Below, one piece after another: positions 1 to 7,777 of a stretch of DNA of 26,383 bases. Under the pieces are notes generated by a model. That model saw only the letters and a program-made list of their open reading frames with translations. It was not told the DNA's origin and did not search any database. How positions within the stretch are numbered: the first letter of the stretch is position 1; every line of letters starts with the position of its first letter. The translations under genes and the position numbers were made by a program. Location: NCBI GenBank assembly GCA_050287845.1, contig JBNKCR010000002.1, positions 1 through 26,383 of the forward strand, given 5' to 3'. This DNA is from Polyangia bacterium. Its GTDB lineage: Bacteria; Myxococcota_A; Polyangia; JAAYKL01.

Positions 1-201
1 GCCGATACCCAGATGCTCGTGATTGGAATTGACTTCCAGCCAGTACAGCTTCACCGGGTGTTTCTTCAGGGCTCTGGCAGCGGAGGCGCCAATGGCGTTG
101 CGAACGCCGGGGATGGGGGCAAACAGAAACTGTCTGTCCACAGTTCTCTGTGTCTGTTCGTAAACGGTATCCGGTTTGAACCAGCGCGGTCTTTGTCCCA
201 T
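1..201 (-). CDS. HUH Y1-type (REP-associated, RAYT-like) tyrosine transposase, N-terminal part; runs off the window start
   Basis: Not in the ORF track. Manual translation from ATG at 201, with SD AAGGAGG at 207-213 on the minus strand: MGQRPRWFKPDTVYEQTQRTVDRQFLFAPIPGVRNAIGASAARALKKHPVKLYWLEVNSNHEHLGIG, open to base 1. It has the SNHxHL HUH motif and the usual Y1 N-terminal pattern (R..P...Y....R...RQFL). Confidence 0.85.
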   Translation of the reverse strand, partial: MGQRPRWFKPDTVYEQTQRTVDRQFLFAPIPGVRNAIGASAARALKKHPVKLYWLEVNSNHEHLGIG

Positions 202-214
202 GGGAACCTCCTTC

Positions 215-239
215 GCAGGGAAAAACGATTTCTCCCTGC
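215..239 (-). promoter_or_regulatory. Stem-loop immediately upstream of the transposase SD
   Basis: Minus strand GCAGGGAGAAATCGTTTTTCCCTGC forms an 11-bp stem (one G-T pair) with a 3-nt loop, next to the SD. A second palindrome, GCAGAATTTCTGC, lies at 262-274. Function is inferred. Confidence 0.45.
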
Positions 240-282
240 TCGGATGCTTTTCAAATCTGTTGCAGAATTTCTGCGCTCAGAA

Positions 283-487
283 GGAAAAAAATCACTTCGA
301 GCGTTTGGTGCCGGGCGTTTGGTGTCGGGAAAGGAAAAAATCACTCCGGCCGTTTGGTGCCGGGCGGAAAAAATCACTCCGAGCGTTTGGTGCCGGGCGT
401 TTGGTGCCGGGCGTTTGGTGCCGGGCGTTTGGTGCCGGGCTTTCCGAGCGTTTGGTGCTGGGCGTTTGGTGCTGGTTTGGTGCCGGG
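283..487 (+). repeat. Family-1 scrambled tandem array, about 80 bp upstream of the left transposase
   Basis: Three copies of the GGAAAAAATCACTCCGAGC-like unit, interleaved with about 10 copies of GTTTGGTGCCGGGC or variants (starts 303, 317, 352, 385, 399, 413, 427, 450, 464, 475). Confidence 0.95.
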
Positions 488-565
488 GCGGATTCTGCCT
501 GGCGAAAAAGCATGCCATGGCTGATAATGTGTTTTACAGTGGAGCTGTAATGTATGTCTGTGAAT

Positions 566-608
566 GAATTTCGAGGAAGAATTTCGAGGAATTTCGAGGA
601 ATTTCGAG
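566..608 (+). repeat. Tandem microrepeat (GAATTTCGAG)x4
   Basis: Exact copies at 566, 579, 589 and 599, upstream of the kinase. Confidence 0.9.
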
Positions 609-840
609 TCAATTCTGATAAACCAATTTGTGATCGGCAACAGAGTAAGGTATCATATGTACGTATTATGATGTAACTCTGAAGGATGAGCAATACACAG
701 ACCGGTTCTCGAAGCAGCGTTTCGAAGAAAACCACAGCGAGAAGGAGCAGGTCGTCGAACTCGAATATCCCACTGTAAATTTCTCTTTCCCCCTGCGTGT
801 TGGCCGGTATGAGATCATTTATCCCATTTCCCATGGTGGC

Positions 841-2481
841 ATGGCCAGTGTGTTTGCCGGGCGTTTGACCGGGTTGGCGGGTTTTCAGCGGCTGGTGGCC
901 ATTAAAATTATTCACCCTCATTTGTCGTCTCAAATGAATTTCATCGAGATGTTTCTCGATGAAGCCCGTCTGGCTGCCTGTATTCATCATCCAAATGTGG
1001 GCGAAGTGTACGAATTGGGAGAAGATAACGGCGTGTATTTTATGGTGTGCGAGCTGATTCCCGGGCAGAGTCTCAACGATTTTGCCGTTCGCGCGTCAGA
1101 GCGGAAGATCGCCATTTCACCGGTGCTGTACGCCAGAGTGGCTTCGGCCACCGCTCTCGCACTGAAGGCAGCCCACGATTTGAAAAGCCCGGGCGGCGAA
1201 TCGCTCCAGCTGGTTCACCGCGATGTGTCGACGCGGAATATCCTGATTTCCTACGACGGATATGTTAAATTGATTGACTTTGGTGTGGCGTACGCAGAGG
1301 ACAAAGTATCTCATACCGACACCGGAGCGCTGAAAGGCAAAGTGGGATATATGTCGCCCGAGCAGGTGAAAAGCGATCCGCTGGATCGCCGCAGCGACAT
1401 ATTCTCCCTCGGCGTGGTTCTGTATCGCCTGATTACCGGCAGGATGCCTTTCCGCGGCAGGTCCGAGGTGGACAGACTTTCTAAAATCATCAATTATCAG
1501 TTTACCCCACCGAGGATGCTGGTGCCGGACATTTCGGCGAAACTCGAAAAAATCATTCTGAAAGCCATGGCGTATGAACCAGCCGACCGCTATCAGAGTG
1601 CTGCAGAGATGAGTGACGAGCTTGATGCGTATATCGCTGAGTCGGATGAACCGGTTGATACGGATGTGTTATCCCGGACGATGCATTTGCTTTTTGCTGA
1701 GGAACGCGAATATCACTTTGCCCGAATCCGCCGTGTGGGGCCCCCGTCGAACTGGAAACAACCGCCGGCTGGCACATATAATTTGACAAAGGTCATGCCA
1801 GTGCGTCCGCAGCCATCGACTGGCGCGGATATTGAATCGGGAGCATCGTTCAATGCATCGTCAACAGACTGGACAATATTGGCGAAGCGAACAGCGGTGA
1901 TTGCGCTGGGCAGTCTGATGGTGTTTGCGGCGTTTTTCTTTCTGGTGTTGCGGCTGGGCCCGTTCAGTGATGCGTCTGGTGGTCCGGTTACCCGGGGGGA
2001 GTCGAATCTGAATTCCGGAAACGTTACCCTCCCGATTGCATCACTGCCAGAGCCCGATGTGGCACCGGATGCAGCGGATACGGAAATCACCATTTCTCTG
2101 GTGCTGTCACCCGCTGATGCAAAAGTTGAACTTGATAATGTCACTGTGCCATCGGGATCCACTGCCCTGAAACTGAGTGCAGATGGCCAGGCGCATCAGG
2201 TGACCGTCTCTGCAGAGGGATACGTCGCAAAAAGTGAAACCATTGTTGCTGATGCGAACCGACAACTTACCATTTCTCTGTTGCGGAAAGCGGCGCCGGA
2301 GGCGGAAGGTCAGATTGGGAACTCGGCGCGACGTGGAAGACACCATTTCGATCAGACTGCAACCATTGTGAATGATACCGCTTCCTTTAATCAGAGCGAT
2401 AATCAGGAATCGGCATTGAAGAAAGAGAAAGACACCGATGATGCCGGAGCGCAGTTGTTGCAGGCAAGTCCATATCAGTGA
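841..2481 (+). CDS. Membrane-anchored Hanks-type Ser/Thr protein kinase (myxobacterial Pkn type) with a C-terminal PEGA-like extracytoplasmic region; true start lies upstream of 841
   Basis: VAIK, FLDEAR, HRDVSTRN, DFG, GKVGYMSPEQ and DRRSDIFSLG motifs, plus TM segment AVIALGSLMVFAAFFFLVL. The frame is open from 649 and encodes GRYEIIYPISHGG just before Met841. Confidence 0.95.
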   Translation: MASVFAGRLTGLAGFQRLVAIKIIHPHLSSQMNFIEMFLDEARLAACIHHPNVGEVYELGEDNGVYFMVCELIPGQSLNDFAVRASERKIAISPVLYARVASATALALKAAHDLKSPGGESLQLVHRDVSTRNILISYDGYVKLIDFGVAYAEDKVSHTDTGALKGKVGYMSPEQVKSDPLDRRSDIFSLGVVLYRLITGRMPFRGRSEVDRLSKIINYQFTPPRMLVPDISAKLEKIILKAMAYEPADRYQSAAEMSDELDAYIAESDEPVDTDVLSRTMHLLFAEEREYHFARIRRVGPPSNWKQPPAGTYNLTKVMPVRPQPSTGADIESGASFNASSTDWTILAKRTAVIALGSLMVFAAFFFLVLRLGPFSDASGGPVTRGESNLNSGNVTLPIASLPEPDVAPDAADTEITISLVLSPADAKVELDNVTVPSGSTALKLSADGQAHQVTVSAEGYVAKSETIVADANRQLTISLLRKAAPEAEGQIGNSARRGRHHFDQTATIVNDTASFNQSDNQESALKKEKDTDDAGAQLLQASPYQ

Positions 2482-2564
2482 AACTGGAATTTCACCTGTT
2501 TCGGCCACTGACCAATTATTGAAATCATGCTGTAAATCATCTCATTGTGATACTTGTCTAGATA

Positions 2565-3617
2565 ATGGAGAACAGTTACTGTAGAATAGGAAGAGTGAAT
2601 AGAGGTGCAGTCCATAAAACGGCTCAATTGTCCGTTGCTGTTGCAGCGCTGTCGTTGTTTATTCTGAGTGTCTGCGGTACTGCATTTTCAGCGACGGATC
2701 ATCCGGCAACCAACGGTTCCAGCACCGGGCAACCGCGTGACGCTCAGGATGTACAGAAAGCTGCGGCGCAATCTCATTTTGCACGGGGTGAAGAACTGTT
2801 CAAGGCCGGAGAATTTGCAGAAGCTGCGGCTGCATTCACTCTGGCATACAACACATTGCCTCACTTCGCAGTACTCGCCAATATCGGTCTGTCGTATGAG
2901 CGTTCGGGTGATTATCCCAGGGCGGTGGAATACCTGCGGAAATATACGAAGGCGCTTGGAGAGCGCGGCGAAACAAATGCCGCCATTGATGCGTTGCTGG
3001 CAGATACGGTGGCCAGAGTCGGGGAATTGGCTGTTACTGTCGAGGGCTATTCTGAAGACTGTAAGATATATGTCGATGGGCTCAAAGCGGGCGCTTCGCC
3101 GGCGCATGTGATTGTGGTTCCGGGGGAGCATCGGGTGCAGCTGATGCACGGCGGTACTGTAGTGGCTGAAAATCAGTTGTCGGTGGTTGCGGGCGAAATC
3201 AGACATTTCACGATTGCGGAATCAGGTCCGGAAATTGTCATACCGAAGACTTCCCCGGTATTGACTGATGACATCACAACCGTACCGCGTCAGTCGGAGA
3301 AATGGCGTGCTCCGTTCAGGGTGTCGGTGGGATTGACCATAGGCACTGGAATTGTTGCGGGGGGGTTGTGGGCAATGACACTGGGTACCAAGTACAAGTT
3401 TGACAATATTGAGAATTATGATGAAAAAAAAGCGGTTGGACGGCGGGGCGAGCGTTTGCAGGTGGCTGCAGGCGTGGTGACCGGGGTTGCTGGTGCGGCA
3501 GCGTTGATGGTGGGCATCATTGGCGCGTTACGTAAATCGTCGAGAGAGAAAAATCGCGATACTGCGGTTTCTGTCAAAGCGTTCTCCGACACGGTCGGTG
3601 TTGGCGTGTTGTTTTGA
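2565..3617 (+). CDS. Exported TPR + PEGA domain protein with C-terminal hydrophobic helices
   Basis: Signal-like N-terminus. TPR pattern AQSHFARGEELFKAGEFAEAAAAF..AY...P....LANIG..YE..G....A..Y. PEGA-like IYVDG...V.PGEHRV. Two Gly/Ala-rich C-terminal helices. Confidence 0.8.
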   Translation: MENSYCRIGRVNRGAVHKTAQLSVAVAALSLFILSVCGTAFSATDHPATNGSSTGQPRDAQDVQKAAAQSHFARGEELFKAGEFAEAAAAFTLAYNTLPHFAVLANIGLSYERSGDYPRAVEYLRKYTKALGERGETNAAIDALLADTVARVGELAVTVEGYSEDCKIYVDGLKAGASPAHVIVVPGEHRVQLMHGGTVVAENQLSVVAGEIRHFTIAESGPEIVIPKTSPVLTDDITTVPRQSEKWRAPFRVSVGLTIGTGIVAGGLWAMTLGTKYKFDNIENYDEKKAVGRRGERLQVAAGVVTGVAGAAALMVGIIGALRKSSREKNRDTAVSVKAFSDTVGVGVLF

Positions 3618-3625
3618 GGAGCGGA

Positions 3626-4894
3626 ATGAATCGTCATTGCAAATGTGGCAAACCAGGAAAATCGGCAAAGGATGTAGCGGGATGTATATCGTTGAAAATT
3701 CTGTTTTCAGCGTTGTTGCCATTGGTTCTGGTTTGTGGCTGCATCAGTTTTGATATTCCATCCCAGGTGGATACGGAAAGCCCCAGTGAGGCAACCGTCA
3801 CGACCACGGATGCCGATTCAGACACAGCCACATCATCTGATTGGCAGTCTGATTGGCAGTCTGATTGGCAGACAGATAATGATTCAACCACCGGAATCAC
3901 AACGGATATTGATACGAAAGATGATACGGACACGAATACAGACGACATTATCTCAACTGACACTGATGTTGTGCAGGATACACTGACCGACGACGACACA
4001 GTCGAAACCACTGATCCACAGGTGGATACGCAAAGTGACGTTGAATCGGACAGTACATGGGAAACGGAATCAAATCCGGATACGGACAGCGATTCGGCAC
4101 CGGATACTGAAACCGATTCCGACACCTTCGATGACACGGACATTTCCATTATCATCGACACCGACTCACTATCTGACATCGGCGGGTTCAATTCCAGACC
4201 GGTGGTGATTCCCACACTGACCGAGACCGGCGGCACGGGAACCGTAACCTCGCTGGGCGGTGTATCGGAACCGAAGCCGAGTTCCGGTGGTGCGTGCAAT
4301 TACGGTGTCACGAATATTTACAACTATGCCGCGATTACCGTGAACCACGAGGCTGGAGATGGTCAGGGTCAGTGGGATGGTGGTCGAATCTGCGGGCAGT
4401 GCGCAAGGGTGGCGGTTCAGACGGCGACGGACGTTGAAACCACAGTAGTGCGCATCATGGACAGATGCGCGGATGATCTGTGCGGTATCGTGCTTGGCGG
4501 GAAACCGGCGTCTGAAGTGATGGGTGAGTTTCCGGGGATGTACTGGGGCGCCTGGCAGTTTGTGCCGTGCAACATAGATGAGCGTGTATCCGATGGTCCA
4601 CCCGCTATATATGTGACGGAAGGATCCAGTGACTGGTGGTCCAACATCCAGATTCGCAACCCACCCGCTGCCGTGCTGTCCATTGAGTGGCAGACGGAGA
4701 GTGCATCCGGAGAGTTCGAGGTATCCAGCAGTTCAGAAAACTTTTTCGCCGTCCCGGCGCAAGTCTTGCAGATGACGGGGAACGTTACCCTCACTCTCAA
4801 TTTCGATTTTGACATTACCATCGTTCACGAGTTGAAAGGGACTGACATGACCGAAGAGAATACTTTGATTGAACTGCCGGAACCAATCAACTGA
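3626..4894 (+). CDS. Probable lipoprotein with Asp/Thr-rich linker and C-terminal expansin-like module (DPBB + CBM63-like)
   Basis: ATG 3626 follows GAGGAG; LVCGC is lipobox-like. D1 motifs GGACNYG, YAAI, CGQC and RIMDRC; D2 motif EGSSDWWSNIQIRN. Contains a perfect 12-bp x3 repeat (SDWQ) at 3836-3871. Confidence 0.8.
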   Translation: MNRHCKCGKPGKSAKDVAGCISLKILFSALLPLVLVCGCISFDIPSQVDTESPSEATVTTTDADSDTATSSDWQSDWQSDWQTDNDSTTGITTDIDTKDDTDTNTDDIISTDTDVVQDTLTDDDTVETTDPQVDTQSDVESDSTWETESNPDTDSDSAPDTETDSDTFDDTDISIIIDTDSLSDIGGFNSRPVVIPTLTETGGTGTVTSLGGVSEPKPSSGGACNYGVTNIYNYAAITVNHEAGDGQGQWDGGRICGQCARVAVQTATDVETTVVRIMDRCADDLCGIVLGGKPASEVMGEFPGMYWGAWQFVPCNIDERVSDGPPAIYVTEGSSDWWSNIQIRNPPAAVLSIEWQTESASGEFEVSSSSENFFAVPAQVLQMTGNVTLTLNFDFDITIVHELKGTDMTEENTLIELPEPIN

Positions 4895-4902
4895 GACGAC
4901 CT

Positions 4903-5037
4903 GGAAAAAATCACTCCGAGCGTCTGGTGACTGGGGGCTGGGAAGCGTCTGGTGCTGGCTTGGAAAAAATCACTCCGAGCACTTGATGCCTGCCACTTGA
5001 TGCCCGGGGAAAAAATCACTCCGAGCGTCTCTGGTGC
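4903..5037 (+). repeat. Family-1 scrambled tandem array
   Basis: GGAAAAAATCACTCCGAGC at 4903, 4962 and 5008. Tails are GTCTGGTG, ACTTGATG or GTCTCTGGTG, with partial re-duplications. Confidence 0.95.
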
Positions 5038-5161
5038 GAGGCTTTCAAGTCCTGTACTTTTTTTGAAATAGCCCACCCATAAGTGCACTGGCTTCCGCGT
5101 GGTGTTCTTCCAACCAGTGGCTAAACGCTTTCTCGTTTCTGAAAAATACAGCGTCTATCAT
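5038..5161 (-). pseudogene. YdeI/OmpD-associated-family gene remnant, frameshifted and 3'-truncated
   Basis: ATG 5161 overlaps the hydrolase stop (ATGA). It reads MIDAVFFRNEKAFSHWLEEHHAEASA, then after a 1-nt shift near 5085 LWVGYFKKSTGLESL. This matches the YdeI-family N-terminus as I recall it (FF.....F..WL..NH.....LWVG.YKK.TG..S). The sequence then runs directly into the repeat array. Confidence 0.8.
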
Positions 5162-6090
5162 TGTGCCAACCAGTTCAATATCGCCTGATTGGTTTCTGCC
5201 GGTTTTTCCTGTTGAATCCAGTGACCGCAATCCAGGTTGACCACATCGGCATTGGGCACGAATTCTGTCAGTTTTTCAGACTTCGGGATCACATCCCGGT
5301 TGCCGTAGATCATGAGTGTGGGCTGCTGGATGACTGGGTTCACGTTCGCCAACAGGTGCCAGTTGCGGTCGAGGTTTCTGTACCAGTTTATGCTGGCTGT
5401 AAATCCTGATGACTCGAAGGCGGAGACGAAAACAGCCAGATCGTCCTCGCTCATAATGGGGTCGCCGAGTGGTGTTTCAGCTGTGGCGAGATAAATCATC
5501 ACCATCCCCGGCGGCGGTCTCATTTGCGGTAAGTTCTTTCGGAATATATTGCGAAGGAACCGGGAGGTGTTTGCTTCCAGTACAGCGTCTGCGACCCCTG
5601 GTTGTCGATTGAAATGGACAAAATAATAATCTCCACCGAATATTTCTTCCATCCACTCAATCCAGGGTTTCTCTCTACGTTCCTGGTAAGGCACACTCAG
5701 GTTTATTACTTTGCTGACCCGGTTCGGATGCAATAAGGTCAGCCACCAAACGACCATTGCCCCCCAGTCATGGCCGATAAAGATTGCATCATCGTATCCA
5801 TAGTGGTCGAGAAGGGCGGTGAGATCGCCAGCCAGGTGTTCGATGTCATAATCGGTAACTTCCGTTGGTCTGGATGAGTTGCCATAACCGCGCTGGTTGG
5901 GGACGATGACGTGGTAGCCTGCTTTAACGAGGGCGGGCACCTGATAACGCCAGGTAAACGCATGCTCGGGCCAGCCGTGGCACAGCACAACGGGCTTTCC
6001 TGTATTTTGTCGGCCTGCTTCAAAGACTTCGAGTGTTACACCATTGACCGAAATAAGGGTAGGCCGTGGAAAATCTGATGAATTGGTCAC
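5158..6090 (-). CDS. Alpha/beta-fold hydrolase, epoxide hydrolase (EphA-like) type
   Basis: HGWP oxyanion motif, GYGNS, GHDWG nucleophile, lid tyrosines (DYY, NWYR) and CGHWIQQE catalytic His. GTG 6090 was chosen because AGGAGG lies at 6098-6103. Confidence 0.92.
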   Translation of the reverse strand: MTNSSDFPRPTLISVNGVTLEVFEAGRQNTGKPVVLCHGWPEHAFTWRYQVPALVKAGYHVIVPNQRGYGNSSRPTEVTDYDIEHLAGDLTALLDHYGYDDAIFIGHDWGAMVVWWLTLLHPNRVSKVINLSVPYQERREKPWIEWMEEIFGGDYYFVHFNRQPGVADAVLEANTSRFLRNIFRKNLPQMRPPPGMVMIYLATAETPLGDPIMSEDDLAVFVSAFESSGFTASINWYRNLDRNWHLLANVNPVIQQPTLMIYGNRDVIPKSEKLTEFVPNADVVNLDCGHWIQQEKPAETNQAILNWLAQ

Positions 6091-6151
6091 TACATTACCT
6101 CCTGTCACGAGATGCTATTGGAATGTGATGTTATTGGAATGTAATGTAGTG

Positions 6152-6172
6152 ATGCGACAACAGTATGTCATG
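6152..6172. promoter_or_regulatory. Putative operator, GACA-N6-TGTC palindrome
   Basis: GACA ACAGTA TGTC at 6156-6169, about 65 bp upstream of the hydrolase start. A 16-bp direct repeat GATGYTATTGGAATGT (6111-6142) lies next to it. Operator role is inferred. Confidence 0.45.
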
Positions 6173-6231
6173 TTTGAGTGAAGAAAAGTTCTGTCGCTTC
6201 AGTGATGTTTTTCATGCAGAAAGTTGATGCG

Positions 6232-6573
6232 AGGTACCCGGATTCAGTCTGTTGGGTGGTCTGGGAAAAGCACCTGGGAAAAATCACTCCGAGCACTTGA
6301 TGTTGCACTTGATGCTGGGCTTGGCTTGGGAAAAATCACTCCGAGCACTTGGGAAAAGGTACCCGGATTCAGTCTGTTGGGTGGCCTGGGAAAATCACCT
6401 GGGAAAAATCACTCCGAGCACTTGATGTTGGCACTTGATGTTGGGCACTTGATGCTGGGCTTGGCTTGGGAAAAATCACTTGGGAAAAATCACTCCGAGC
6501 ACTTGATGACGGGCACTTGATGACGGCACTTGATGACGGGACGGAAAAATCACTCCGAGCACTTGATGACGGG
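6232..6573 (+). repeat. Family-1 scrambled tandem array with a higher-order duplication
   Basis: (G)GGAAAAATCACTCCGAGC at 6276, 6328, 6401, 6482 and 6543, plus partial copies. CACTTGATG occurs about 9 times. The flank AGGTACCCGGATTCAGTCTGTTGGGTGG is duplicated at 6232 and 6357. Confidence 0.95.
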
Positions 6574-7304
6574 TTGAGCTGCATTTTAACGGTGTCGCCG
6601 TCGATGATGTCGACGATGGTTCCGGGGTAGCAATAGCGTTCGCCGGGGGAAATCTGGACGGTGCTGTATTTTCGGGAGGACTGTTGCTGAATGTAGCCGC
6701 CCGGGGTTGCGTCGGGGCAGTGGAGCGCTGTGGCGTGCTGTATATTGAATCCCAGATCGAGGATGTATTGACCATTTGAGGTAGGGGGCAATGCGACGAT
6801 TCTGTAAATACCTGGTCGGGCCGTCCTTGGCGCAAGGGAAAATTCTGCCGTCCCGGAGTGGTGCGTACGGCGATGATGGGCAATCAATTGAATCAGCTGT
6901 TCTTTGGTGAGTTTTTCGTTGATAGCCCGCTGTTCGAGGGTGTTTCTGACATCCGGGTTTTCGATGCCCGAGAGCGCCCGGTAGTGGCTCCAGCTCAGGG
7001 TGGGATTCAGCTGTGAGGCGGCGTAACGCATAGCGAAGTTTCGAAAGTAGCCGACGGTGCGCGGAGCAAAGCCATCACCGTATTTTTGAGTAAGGTCGGA
7101 ACTGAGGTTCCGGATGATTTTTTTCCCGTATTGCCCGCTCTCCCCATGGGGACGGACCATCTGCAGAATGCATTGGCCAATCTGCCAATATGTCATGAGC
7201 GTATCGGCGCTCCGTTCGGTGCTGTGAACCAGTGTTTTATCGTACAGATGGCAGATGTTTTTCAGTAATCGGGCGTAGTCTTCGGGATCAATCCGGACGG
7301 TCAT
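6369..7304 (-). pseudogene. DUF1016 (YhcG) N-terminal domain + thermonuclease (SNase-like) fusion, truncated at about 6574 by the repeat array; the ORF reads through repeats to a stop at 6369
   Basis: ATG 7304 with AGGAGA at 7311-7316. DUF1016_N motifs TYWQIG, YGKKIIRNLSSDL...YGDGF and LSWSHYRAL. The SNase start YCYPGTIVDIIDGDTV is followed at once by repeat-encoded SSSARSDF units. Confidence 0.8.
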
Positions 7305-7572
7305 CGGCGTTCTCCTGAACCGGCTTCTGTGGGTCGCCTTCTGTGCCACGAAATATTCTGGTGCATTCGAGTGGACGGAATGGCGATTTTATGTTTATGA
7401 TTCATGTTCTTCCCATTCCGATTTTTAATCGGAAAATCAATTACAGTATAGATGAATTTTGCACCTGGGTGCAAGGTGTGTAAACATATGTGTCCTGTGT
7501 GGTATCTGTGGTATAGATGCTATCTATGATGTCTGTTGCACAGCAGAACTTTTGCCGGTATCACTGACGTGG

Positions 7573-7682
7573 GCGGAAATCCGGCATCTTTATGCTTTCG
7601 TCCTCAGTCCCTCGGTCGATGTAGCGATGGTACACCTCGGTCGGGCCTTGCGGGCGCGCATTAAACCTGCTTATATTTCCGC
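7573..7682. repeat. About 110-bp imperfect palindromic (MITE-like or structured) intergenic element
   Basis: Terminal inverted repeats GCGGAAAT/ATTTCCGC. Nested pairings TTTATGC/GCATTAAA, CGTCCTCAG/TTGCGGGCG, GGTCGA/TCGGTC and TGTA/TACA around a central loop. Confidence 0.55.
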
Positions 7683-7777
7683 GATTTCGCTGACGGAATC
7701 AAACCGATCGCCGCTCCAACGGGCAGCGTCCATGGATTGTTTCGCAAGACGGCCTATCCGATCTGCCACCACGAATG

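Noticed and set aside
13..567. ORFs 13..567, 66..518, 176..550 and 292..990
   Set aside because: They are translations of the repeat array, or antisense or off-frame to the transposase or kinase, and are low complexity.
283..6573. Family-1 arrays as CRISPR or integron attC sites
   Set aside because: Intervening sequences are partial copies of the motif rather than unique spacers. There are no RYYYAAC/GTTRRRY inverted cores and no integrase.
7146..7158. ATGGGGACGGACC shared with 24050-24062 as a family-2 copy
   Set aside because: It lies inside coding sequence, lacks the AGCA end and shows no local duplication, so it is probably chance.
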